A stretch of 64,000 nucleotides of DNA from Octopus bimaculoides (taxonomy: Eukaryota): NCBI RefSeq assembly GCF_001194135.2, contig NC_068987.1, positions 13,537,454 to 13,601,453 on the forward strand. Reading direction: 5' to 3'. This document shows, in pieces, positions 1 through 11,790 of the stretch; the stretch's first letter is position 1, and each line of letters begins with the position of its first letter. Below the pieces are notes generated by a model that saw only the letters and a list, made by a program, of their open reading frames with translations, had not been told where the DNA came from and did no database searches. Position numbers and translations under genes: made by a program.

Positions 1-330
1 TTCTAGCACTTGTGCTGGTGGCACGTTAGAAAATCATTTGAGCGAGGTCGTTGCCAGTGCCGCTGGACTGGCTCCTGTGCAGGTGGCACATAGAAAACAC
101 CTTTTTGAGCGTGGCCGTTGCCAGTACCGTGTGACTGGCCCTCATGCTGGTGGCACGTAAAAGCACCCACTACACTCTCGGAGTGGTTGGAGTTAAGAAG
201 GGCATCCAGCTGTAGAAACTCTGCCAGATCAGATTGGAGCCTGGTGCAGCCTTCTGGCTTGCCAGTCCTCAGTCAAATCGTCCAACCCATGCTAGCATGG
301 AAAGCAGGCGTTAAACGATGATGATGATGA
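1..330 (+). mobile_element. SINE family B (ends ...ccatgctagcatggaaagcggacgttaaacgat(gat)n), 5' end outside window
   Basis: Core gagtggttggcgttaggaagggcatccagctgtagaaactctgcc and a (GAT)n tail recur at 4235-4397, 36558-36656 and 40768-40972, and on the minus strand near 30588-30715, 58250-58410, 60902-61130 and 62401-62500. Confidence 0.8.
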
Positions 331-483
331 TATATATAGACTGACTGTGCCAACTGAAAACTGGATAGATTTATAAAAGTGAATTACTAACTTAAGAGAA
401 TAGTTTAGAAAGGGCTTGAAAAAAACCCTAAGATATAATAATGCAATTAAGTTTATATAGAAATACACACATAGGCACAGACA

Positions 484-767
484 TGCCACCTTGGGTAAGT
501 GTCTTCTACTATAGCCGAGGGCAACCAAAGCCTTATGAATGGATTTGGTACAGAGAAACTGAAAGAAGCTTGTTGCATATGTATGTGTATTGTTTGTACC
601 ACCCACCCCACTTGAAAACTGGTGTTGGTGTGTTTATGGCCCTGTAACTTATTGGTTTAGCAAAAATCAAATGACACAGGAGTTAAAATGTATCAGAATG
701 TTGCTTGATGAAACTCAAAATGGAAAGGTTAGAATTTGTTTTTTTTTATATTATTATTATTATCATT

Positions 768-815
<48 letters not shown>

Positions 816-1029
816 CTTGTTTGTCCTTCAGCCCACTTGACAACCAGTGTTGGTGTGTTTACGTCCCTGTAACTTAACGGTTTGACAAAAAGAGACCTAG
901 AGAACAAGTACCATGCTCTAAAAAGAAGACAAAAAAAGTTCTGAGGTTGATTCATTCGCTTAAATTCTTCAAGGTAGTGCCCCAGCATGGCCACAGTCTA
1001 ATCAGTGAAACAAGTAAAAGATAAAAGAT
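484..1029 (+). mobile_element. SINE family A (tRNA-like head, internal (TG)n, tail ...gactgaaacaagtaaaag), 5'-truncated copy
   Basis: Shares long blocks (ggcaccttgggcaagtgtcttctactatag; ccagcatggccacagtc; tgactgaaacaagtaaaag) with more than 10 other copies in the window. Confidence 0.8.
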
Positions 1030-1869
1030 GCACACATAAGCACATGCATGCCACACACACACACACACACACAACTGACTCTGTCCCAGTGCTTTCAATG
1101 GGTTAATTAGCTACACGCTCAGCAATAACATTATTCATCAGAGGGTAAACAGCAAAGCAATGACTGCAGCAAACATTTGCTTGAGAATAGCAAATGAATT
1201 AGACAAAAAAATATGAGAAATACTCTCTTTGTGGAAGGCAAAACCAAAAAAAAAGTATGGCTAAAATAGGCTTTGAACCAAACACAATACTGGAAGCAGA
1301 AACAATGAATGATAATCCCAAATAGCCACTAAAGTGATATCCAGTTAAAATTAGTCTGGAGCCAATATGCACTCTATTAGTATTAAAAAAAGAAAAAAAA
1401 TCAATATCTATGCTATTGGTGTTATAAAGGGTTCTTGTTTTCTATGCTCATCTTAACAGTTACTTATACAACCGTATTTCCCTGTAATGAAACAGGAAAA
1501 GAATGAAAACTGCAGAGACTACATACAAGAAACCGAATATGAAGTTTTAGATCTGTATTCAATTGTCATTGATTAAAAATTTTAAGTGTGCCTAGAAATG
1601 TGACTTTTACAAACAGAGAAAGAAAATAAAAATCAAAAGTGTTCATGCACCCACTCAACTTCTGAGCTCTCACTCTATCTCCCTCTCTCTCCCTCTCTAT
1701 TCCCAACTAATCTTTTTCCAATAATATTTTCTTGATATTCTAACTGAAAATATAGCTATGGAATATATTAGCTGCAATATACATTGTAACAAGTGTGGGT
1801 TAATCACCCTAGGGAGAAGAAAACTACACTTATTTGTTTTCCTATACAATATTGATCCTGTTTCTTTTT

Positions 1870-1908
<39 letters not shown>

Positions 1909-2084
1909 TTTGTTCCTTATTTTTGAAAAAAATCTGCAAAACAAATATGTGAATAGCATAATGCAAAAATGCAAGATTAATCAACAGATAGCATTGGTTA
2001 TTGTACTGGTGTTATCATGAAATTGTATGTGGTATTATATAACTCAGTGAAGAGAAAACAATTTTCCTTCTCTATTCTTAGTTT

Positions 2085-2179
<95 letters not shown>

Positions 2180-2881
2180 GGGTGGTGGGGAAGAGAGGTG
2201 AGCCACAGAATGAAGCTGTAGGTGTATCAAGTAGATTAATTTAGATCTACTTTAACAGGTTTGTCACCTGCAGATACTGGATATTAAATTAATATTCCTT
2301 ATTCAATTTCTGGCTTGGGATATCTTAAAAACTTAATGTATTTGTATACAATATGATCAATCAAACTCTGGCAGATATTTTGATAATATTGAAGTTATAG
2401 CTTGCTCACAGCACATAAATAATTGAACAGTTTCTATTCTCTTATATATTTTTTAAACAGTAATTTTACCTCAGCCACCCTTTCTCTCACCCTCCTCAAA
2501 TATATGGGGAGAGTCAGAAAAATAATTTTGCATATTTATCTAGTAAAAGTACCTAAATTATTAACACATCATCCACACGTGAAAATACATGCATGATCAC
2601 ACCTTGTATTTAATGAAATTTGTCGTCTTCTCAATGACAGTTTCACCAGATTAGTACCGGAATATTTCACATATATTGTTTAACAACATAGCTTTGATGA
2701 ATATTTAAAACATGAAATCTAATACAAATTATAACTAAAGGATGTATGTAACCTACTTTTAAAAACGAACATATATATACATACATATGTACAGACAGAT
2801 ACATATGTACATACATAAATTCTCAGGATCAGGGAAAAGAGAGCAAAAGGATCCAAATCCAATCTATTAGTGGCACAGTGA

Positions 2882-3090
2882 AGATTTGTAAGGCATTTCA
2901 AAACTTTTCCATGTGAGCTTCTTATTTCAATAGATGCACCAACAGCTCAACCGGCACACCAACTCAACCACATATTTACAAACACCAGGAATTCTCTTAA
3001 CTCAAAAAGTCTTGTTACCTTGTTAGTTAGTGATCAGCTTGAGCTCTCTCAAGAAGAACTTAAACTCAAGGAAAAATTAATCATTCATTT
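2882..3090 (+). mobile_element. Possible Penelope-like element GIY-YIG endonuclease C-terminal relic
   Basis: Open frame RFVRHFKT...ELSQEELKLKEKLIIHL resembles the R(F/L).EH and (L/R)K.KE.L.I blocks of PLE GIY-YIG domains. Similarity judged by eye only. Confidence 0.35.
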
Positions 3091-3096
3091 GTTTGT

Positions 3097-3136
<40 letters not shown>

Positions 3137-4234
3137 NNNNNNNNNNNNNNNNNNNNNNNNNNNNNNNNNNNNNNNNNNNNNNNNNNNNNNNNNNNNNNNN
3201 NNNNNNNNNNNNNNNNNNNNNNNNNNNNNNNNNNNNNNNNNNNNNNNNNNNNNNNNNNNNNNNNNNNNNNNNNNNNNNNNNNNNNNNNNNNNNNNNNNNN
3301 NNNNNNNNNNNNNNNNNNNNNNNNNNNNNNNNNNNNNNNNNNNNNNNNNNNNNNNNNNNNNNNNNNNNNNNNNNNNNNNNNNNNNNNNNNNNNNNNNNNN
3401 NNNNNNNNNNNNNNNNNNNNNNNNNNNNNNNNNNNNNNNNNNNNNNNNNNNNNNNNNNNNNNNNNNNNNNNNNNNNNNNNNNNNNNNNNNNNNNNNNNNN
3501 NNNNNNNNNNNNNNNNNNNNNNNNNNNNNNNNNNNNNNNNNNNNNNNNNNNNNNNNNNNNNNNNNNNNNNNNNNNNNNNNNNNNNNNNNNNNNNNNNNNN
3601 NNNNNNNNNNNNNNNNNNNNNNNNNNNNNNNNNNNNNNNNNNNNNNNNNNNNNNNNNNNNNNNNNNNNNNNNNNNNNNNNNNNNNNNNNNNNNNNNNNNN
3701 NNNNNNNNNNNNNNNNNNNNNNNNNNNNNNNNNNNNNNNNNNNNNNNNNNNNNNNNNNNNNNNNNNNNNNNNNNNNNNNNNNNNNNNNNNNNNNNNNNNN
3801 NNNNNNNNNNNNNNNNNNNNNNNNNNNNNNNNNNNNNNNNNNNNNNNNNNNNNNNNNNNNNNNNNNNNNNNNNNNNNNNNNNNNNNNNNNNNNNNNNNNN
3901 NNNNNNNNNNNNNNNNNNNNNNNNNNNNNNNNNNNNNNNNNNNNNNNNNNNNNNNNNNNNNNNNNNNNNNNNNNNNNNNNNNNNNNNNNNNNNNNNNNNN
4001 NNNNNNNNNNNNNNNNNNNNNNNNNNNNNNNNNNNNNNNNNNNNNAATTTTTAAAAACCCTTCCTTGTGTATGTGGGGGAACGATGGCAAAAACAAAATC
4101 ATGCACATAGAGATATCCTTCCATTTTCACCACCCATGATTCCTGGCAGTCAAGGGGTAGATCCAGAGAAACATTAAATAGAAAACACGAACATTTGCAG
4201 AACAAATATTGGAACACAGTCAGCATGACCAAAT

Positions 4235-4397
4235 GAGTGGTTGGCGTTAGGAAGGGCATCCAGCTGTAGAAACTCTGCCAAATTAGATTGGAGTCTGGTG
4301 TAGCCATCCGGTTGCACCAGTCCTCCGTCAAATCGTCCAACCCATGCTAGCATGGAAAAGCGGACGTTAAACGATGATGATGATGATGATGATGATG
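4235..4397 (+). mobile_element. SINE family B, 5'-truncated, inserted into one copy of a local duplication
   Basis: Near-identical to 180-330 and has a (GAT)n tail. Its flanks are contiguous in the duplicate at 5763-5956. Confidence 0.85.
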
Positions 4398-4715
4398 AAC
4401 AGCAAACAAACACCTGAATCCTAATCAACACATGGCTAAAATAAATAGGCTACCAACAGACTTGCAACAATGAAACCTCCTGTGGGTGTTTTAAATAGAA
4501 TTAATGGTCTCATGCACTTTCTCCACAAGACTCAAACAGAAGCAACATTCATTCAAATTTCCAGCAAGATCCCCAAGCATGGCCAACTGAGACTATGGAT
4601 TTTATCCAACCATCTTCACTCATTAGCAATATTCAAATAGAATTTAAGGATGAAACTCAGACTACCATGGATGACAAATATAGAGTTTCATATAAACCCA
4701 AGACAAATAAATATT

Positions 4716-4850
4716 CCTTTCTACTATGGGCACAGGGCCTGAAATTTTGGGGGGAGGGGGACAGTAAATTACATTGACCCCAATGCTCAACTGATACTTA
4801 TTTTATCGACCCCGAAAGGATGAAAGGCAAAGTCGACTGCAGTAGAATTA
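4716..4850 (-). mobile_element. SINE family C fragment
   Basis: Reverse complement of the core gactttgcctttcatcctttcggggtcgataaa...ggggtcaatgtaat seen at 18235-18620 and 28316-28490. Confidence 0.75.
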
Positions 4851-6525
4851 AGACAAATAAATATTGAAATTCACAAATACTTTCCTTTGCCAGCCCCCTC
4901 CCCTCAATATATTAAATAATTACTGATCATATGCTTTGTCTGTTTCTAGGCTACCAATCTAATTTGAATGAGAAATAATTAAATAAATAAAGTGCATAAA
5001 GTTTGATTCACATTCATATTTAATCCCATGTCTTGATGTCATTCCCATTTTCTGCCAAACACGATTTTCAGCACAGAGACAGGAGTAATATAAAAATCCA
5101 TTGAGATAAAGCTAATGAATCTAGTTTATGTCAGTATTACCTAAATTTTTAAAATTACATCCTCCCAGCTATAGGGGGAGAGCTCAATATTTTGAGTCAA
5201 TAAATCATTTGTCAATTATGTACAGTGTTGATTCTATTAAGAGAGGTGAACTGCGCCTGTGTGTGGTGTGGTGAGGGTGGGTGATTGACACAGAATTAAA
5301 CATCATCGCTAAGAAACTTACTTTTGAACCAGAAACAAACTGCCAACTTCTCAGTCACCTATGGCTTGCTTATAATGTATTATATGCCAATGAATGTGGT
5401 ATTTTATTAAGCTCAGAGGAAGCTAAACTAAAAAAAAATTGAAGCTTTATACAAGGCACCGCTTTTTTAATGGATATATACTCCATTTTCTCTGTGGAAA
5501 ACCAGCATGATAATATATATTCCTAGGAATAAACCAAGAAACAGTTGATGTAACAAGCTTCCTGTTGTTTATCACTGACTAACACATATTCTCATAAATG
5601 ATGAATTTACCAAAAGAAATCATTTAAATTACAATTAATAATTAACATACTACACTAATGTTTTACTTTATTTATCTGCCAATAGCAGATCAACATTCTA
5701 TGCTAAAATATCCAAACACACTGATATCAGCAACAGCATGGCAATAGTTTTGAAGAGAAGTTTCCAGAGAAACATTAAATAGAAAACATGAACATTTGTA
5801 GAACAAATATTGGAATACAGTCAGCATAACAGAGTTATATGCATTAAAAGCGAACGAACACCTGGTTCCTAATCAACACATGGCAAAAATAAATAGGTTA
5901 CCAACAGACTTGCAACAATGAAATCTCCTGTGGGTGTTTTAAACAGAATTAATGGTGCTTACTTTAATATTACAAATGCAAATCAAACAGCTTCTTAACA
6001 ATGTACATCGGTGAAAGCAGTTAAGAGGCACACATTTTTAAAATGAATTGGAAACTAAGATAAAGAATTGATTAAAAAAAAGTTAAAGTTTTTTGTTAAA
6101 AAAAGAAAAGAAAATTAACTATATAAACACATGAGGAAAGATATTGGATATTTTGTCTATATGGAAACTGACTTCTATTTTTACACTATCAACAGATCAG
6201 TAGAGCTTAGAAGGGAGGGAGTCCTCCAGAATAAAGAGATAATTCAGCTTTAGCTAAGATTTTATTGCATAACATTTAACTTCATTCATCTCTTGCTAGC
6301 AGAATGAAAAAGAGAGCATATATACCACCAAATGACAAAAATTTGGCCTCGGTTTATTTTTGTCTGACGAGTAAATGTCAGTATATCAAAACAGATTGTT
6401 TACTTCTAAGTTTGAGGAAAAGTCAGAATATCAAAACTAACTGTTGACTTCTATTCAAAAATTAAAAACAAATTGACATAAAAAGAATTGGGGAGGACAA
6501 CATTTATGCTTTATGTACACTGTTT

Positions 6526-6810
6526 ACATCAGTTGGAGAAGTGTCCTCGTTTTGATTGTTGCATTCACTACATTTCAGCTCCAGCCTTTTTCAGGTGTCT
6601 TGTGATTCACCTCCGTGTCTTATCTAGGAGTGGACACAGAACTTCTAGGTGACTGCACTGCATTGCTTAATGCAGTACAGTCACCTGATGTTCACTCCCA
6701 GACAAGGCACTAAGGTGAATCATAAAACACCTGAAGAAAGCTGGGGTGTACAACAGCCAAAACACAGTGAAAGCAACAATCAAGATGAGAACATCACTCT
6801 GACTAATATA
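6526..6810. mobile_element. Fold-back (long imperfect inverted repeat) element, probable MITE
   Basis: Left arm 6526-6664 matches the reverse complement of right arm 6669-6810 (e.g. ttgattgttgc.ttcact, ttcaggtgt.tt.tgattcacct, aggtgactg.actgcatt) around a 4-nt loop gctt. The ends abut TA dinucleotides. Confidence 0.8.
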
Positions 6811-6914
6811 AACAGTATACAATAATATATTTTCTTCATCTCACAAACGCAGAATTATGTTATTTATGTATTTCTATTCAAATAAGAAATCTTCAAACCA
6901 AAGAAGTTACTTAC

Positions 6915-6998
6915 TCTTTGTAATTCATTAGTTTGGTCAGTGAGACTTTGTTCAAGTGATAATAATTTTTCTTGGGCATTTCCATGTTGTTGCTCGGC
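6915..6998 (-). CDS. Liprin-alpha: Liprin-alpha internal exon 5 of 5 (84 nt, phase 0-0): AEQQHGNAQEKLLSLEQSLTDQTNELQR
   Basis: Acceptor ttcttatattatttccag| and donor |gtaagt. Corresponds to [28 protein letters not shown] of vertebrate liprin-alpha (from memory). The next expected exon (ARQREKMNEEHN...) was not found in 1-6914. Confidence 0.92.
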
Positions 6999-8087
6999 CT
7001 GGAAATAATATAAGAAAACAAAAAAAGAAAATTGAGATACATTAAAATAAAATAAATTGTTTACATTTTCTAATAAGTCATGGCAATAGAGAAACATACC
7101 AGTAAAAATTCCAATATTTGGTTGTTGCTTTTTAAAGCTTTTTTCTTCTTTTATATATAAAAAGCAAACCTTCAGCGCACTTTTAATTGTTCTGATGTGA
7201 TACAAAAATGCTGAAGCTTGTCTAAAGCATTTAGTTAGAAACAGAGTTAAAACAAGAATTTAGTGTGTGTAGATGTATCTTTCAGAAAAGATTAAATATT
7301 TGTGTTATGCCCTTATATTACAGGTAATACTGAAAGAAAAGATTACAGGTTATTCAGTTATAAGAAAGAGAGTAAACTATTTAATTCAAGTTTCAAGGAT
7401 TTATATGCTATTAACTGAAAGTAATTTAATCTCCAAAACAACCACAGCAAAGTTACTGCTGAACAACAATGAAAAGAAAAATCAACATCAAGAGTTTGGA
7501 GATGTGTTTGGAAATTTAAAATATCTAAAATAAAGGGGAAGTGAATGTGGTGAGAGAGTACAATATAAGAAAAATGGTGTGAGACGTATGATAAAAGAGA
7601 ACATGCGTGATATAATTGATTGCAAGGTTAACAATTTGTAAAGAAGAATGACAAACAAATATGATTAAAAAAAAGAGAGGGTTTATGAAGGATAGAGAAG
7701 GAGCATGCAGTAATAAGATGGTGGGGTTAAACCAGGTACAAGTGGATGGTACAAAGTGTGGTGGGTGAAGTTGAGGAGAGAAATATAGGGACAGCTTTCA
7801 AGAAATTAAAAGAAATGCAAAGACACAAAGAGGTGGTGGTAGGGGCATCAAATGAGAGGCACCATAGTGGAATAGAGATGGCACAAGATGGCTAAAGTGA
7901 AAGGATAAGATCAGAATAGTGTTTCTCAATCATTTTTGCCCCATAGCTTTCTTAGAGAAAAAGAAAAAAAAAAACCATTTCACCATGAAAGGACAACATT
8001 AGCATCTAATATATACCTGGGAGCAGAATAAAATAAAAGATTTGGTTTGTCTTTTTATTATATCTTCATAAATTACACAATCTTTAC

Positions 8088-8375
8088 AGGTGTTTCACTC
8101 GTGAATGCTAGTATGTTGTGGGATAATTGTTATGTAGGCAATTGCATAATCTCATTGAAATGTCAGTTCTCCAGAAGAAAATAATAATTAGATCGCTAGC
8201 CACTACACATTCTTTATTTTCTCTCCTTGCTGCTTTCTGTGTTCCTTTCTGTGGAAGAGCATATGCTCAAAACGTTAAAGACTTCTTCACTTCTCAAGAG
8301 TTAAACTAATACATCTGTTTGTTGTCTACACCACCTGTCTTCGTCTTTTGTTTTTTTGTAAATTCTCCCCATAAT
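8088..8375 (+). mobile_element. Possible Penelope-type terminal-repeat fragment
   Basis: Contains gaagagcatatgctcaaaacgttaaagact, similar to the GAAGAG...CGAAACG block at PLE ends. Recognition only. Confidence 0.35.
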
Positions 8376-8829
8376 AATTCAATCCATTGTTATTTAATGA
8401 TTAACACACAACATATTAATATTTGCTAGTGAAATACATGTAAAGATTGTGTAATCAATGATATAATAAAAAGATAAACTAAATCTCCTGTTTTATTCTA
8501 AAGTCAGATATATACAGCCTGTAAAGTATTCAAATGTATATAGTATCGAAAGAAAATTTGAGGACAAATCATGTTTAATACTCTTTTGGAATTTGATCAT
8601 ATCTGGATTTCCATGGAGTACTAAGCATTAGTTAGCTGTGTTGCTATCTCATTTGAAATACGTGTGTGTGTGTGTGTGTGTGTTCAAAAGAACTTTTAAT
8701 TAAAGCCTTATTGCAGTGCCACTTACTTATGCCCCATTCTGAAGTAACCCAAGCCCCACAGATGGGGTGTGCATCCTACCTTGAGAAACACTGGATTATA
8801 CGATGGAATACAATAAGGAAAAAGATAAA

Positions 8830-8966
8830 AGACAGGAGTAGAGTTGAAAGATGAGAGAAATGAAGAAATTGGAAAAGTAATGGAATAGAACGAAATAAAA
8901 GATGAGACAGAAATTGATAGAGGTGAGGGAGTTTAGAGAGTGAAAGATGATAAGGAATTTAAAGAA

Positions 8967-9019
<53 letters not shown>

Positions 9020-9400
9020 TAGAGAACATAAAAGATACAGGAATTTGATAGAGTGAAAAGATATGAGGATGGGAAATTGCAGAGAGACAGACAAAGATGG
9101 AAGAATTTGAGGATATAAAATGAGTGGGAGAAAGTAAGAGTACATAATGTGTGGGTGAGTGGGTGAGAAAATGAAAGTAGAACAAGGAATCAGGAATAAA
9201 GAGTGATGAGATATGATGGATACAAAACAGGACATGAAAAAGAGGCAATGGGGAAGGAGAGAGAAAGGGTGGGGGAGGGGATGACAGCAATGGTGGAAAG
9301 GTAAAGTGTATGTGTTAGAATAACAGTCAGGTTGAATGAGAAAGCGGAGATGAGTACAATGGTTATAACAGTACCGTGATACAATATAGTAAGATAATTA
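8830..9400 (+). repeat. Long purine-rich (GA/GGA) low-complexity tract including (GA)n at about 8971-9020
   Basis: About 570 nt strongly dominated by A/G on the + strand. Confidence 0.85.
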
Positions 9401-10513
9401 ACAAACACTGTTTACATGCACGCATACACACTGTCTGTCACTCACTCACGCACACAGTAGCATACAGAAGTTATCAGTTGATGGATTCCACCCGCCCCCA
9501 ACCTTTAAAGAGATCATGAGCAATGTTAATGATTGATTAAAGAGAAAATAAAATAAATAGATAAATAAATCAAACAAGTTTATTTTTCTTTTGCTTAATT
9601 TAGTCAAACAAAAAACGAATATCTGTATACATATATATATAGATACAGATATTTATTATAATATTAAATTAGTCTTTATATTTATTTACTCATTTATTAG
9701 CATATTTACTCAAAAATGTCTTTTAAGTATATTTCGGTTGGTAATTTTTAAATGAAGATGTAATTTATTATATTTAGGTGTTTGCACAATAGTCACACTT
9801 ACATATACATATATAAACATATGTATACACACACATATTAATAGTAAACAGCAGTAGTACGCAATGGTTCATCATCACATTTGACTGCAGCCACATGCAT
9901 TCGAATGTGCTTCAGAAATGTCAAGATGACGGGATGAACACGACGACGACGATGGACAACAAGTTACGTTTCTAAATAAACAGTTATTTAATGGCAAAGC
10001 AATGAAAACTGTTAACCTTGGAGAACATGTCTTCATCGTGAAGATGAGTGATAACTGTGTTCAACAGTGGAGACAAGGGGTAGTCACAAGGTGGAAAATG
10101 TTTGGATAAAGAAATGAATTACAAATCAGACAATACATTAGTTGTGGGCTGTGCTACTGAATATATAGGTAGAAAAGGTGAGGTAGAACTGTTAAAAACT
10201 TTTTTATCAGAATTAACAGTGGGGTGGGACCATAGATATTATGTCAACTCTTAGAAAAACAAAGAAAGAAAAATAGCTAAGCTAACTGAAGCAGTTTGAG
10301 TCTTTAAAAGGATTTATTTACAAAACTGGTTTCACGACTCAATGAGTTTCAAAAAAAAAGTACCATGAGGTGGAGGTGAGATAGTTATGCCATGACTCAA
10401 TGTTCCTCCATCCCACACTACTTTTGAAAAGCATGAAATGGTGAAACCAGTTAACAAGCCTTCTTAAAGACTGCAAGTGCATTTTCAACATCACACATAT
10501 ATATGTGTGTGTG

Positions 10514-10574
<61 letters not shown>

Positions 10575-10594
10575 NNNNNNNNNNAGAGAGAGAA

Positions 10595-10644
<50 letters not shown>

Positions 10645-11446
10645 AGAGAGATAGCGAAAGTAAAAGCCCCATAGTCTGGCATATAAAATATAATTTAGAA
10701 GAGAATGAATTAGAAAAAGTCAAGGTGGTTTGGTGCAACTATTGTTTGAATTTAACAAACAAATGAAGGGAGAACAGACAACTGATGTGTTAAAACTCAT
10801 TTTATTTTCCGTTCCCTCATAATATATGGAAATAAGCTCTTTGAAGATTGCAGGCAAATGCTCCAATCAAAAATGAAAACCTGGGCCATGGGCCTATAAT
10901 GAACACTGACTTCTTACAGTGTCAACTTGCAGCTGTTCCAGAAGATTATTAATGTTATTGATATCATTACTTTTTGTGAGGGGACCATGAAGACTATCTG
11001 CATAACTCCTTCCATCAGAGCAAACCTGGTATTAATGATGGGGGGAGATAACTACTTTCTTTAAACGAAGGCCTAAAGTATTAGACTACAGGACTTTGCA
11101 TAACTGAAAGATTTATTAGCAAAAGCGACTTTACAGCTTTCGCTTGTAAAAGACAAAACATACTTTGATAAAATATCCAAAGTTGTTGGGAAAGCTTTGG
11201 GATTAGATATTAGTGATGAAATCAAAAACAAAAGTAACAAAGGAATGGAAGCTCATGGCATTAATTTGAGAAAAAGACCCCCTAAAGCTATTAATAGTTT
11301 TTCTTTGATCTTTTTAATGAGTTTTTCATGTCTCTTATCTTTCCCTTTATCTAATGATTGTGGCCAAGTTGGGGACTGAACCTGGAACCATGTGATTAGG
11401 AAGGAAGCTTCTTACCACACAGCCATACTTATGCTATATTGACTGT

Positions 11447-11447
<1 letters not shown>

Positions 11448-11479
<32 letters not shown>

Positions 11480-11732
11480 CAGACAGATGGATATAGAGAT
11501 AGATAGATGGATATAGAGATAGATAGATGGATATAGAGATAGATAGATGGATATAGAGATAGATAGATGGATAGATAGATAGATAGATATAGAGATAGAT
11601 ATAGAGATAGATAGATAGATAGATAGATAGATATAGAGATAGATAGACAGATGGATATAGAGATAGATAGATAGACAGACAGATAGATGGATATAGAGAT
11701 AGATAGATGGATAGATAGATAGATAGATATAG

Positions 11733-11763
<31 letters not shown>

Positions 11764-11790
11764 AAAATAGATAGATAGATAGATAGATAG
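11448..11790 (+). repeat. Compound (GATA)n microsatellite with higher-order 20-bp unit gatagatggatatagagata
   Basis: Direct reading of the sequence; explains the SIYL-repeat ORFs in the track. Confidence 0.95.
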
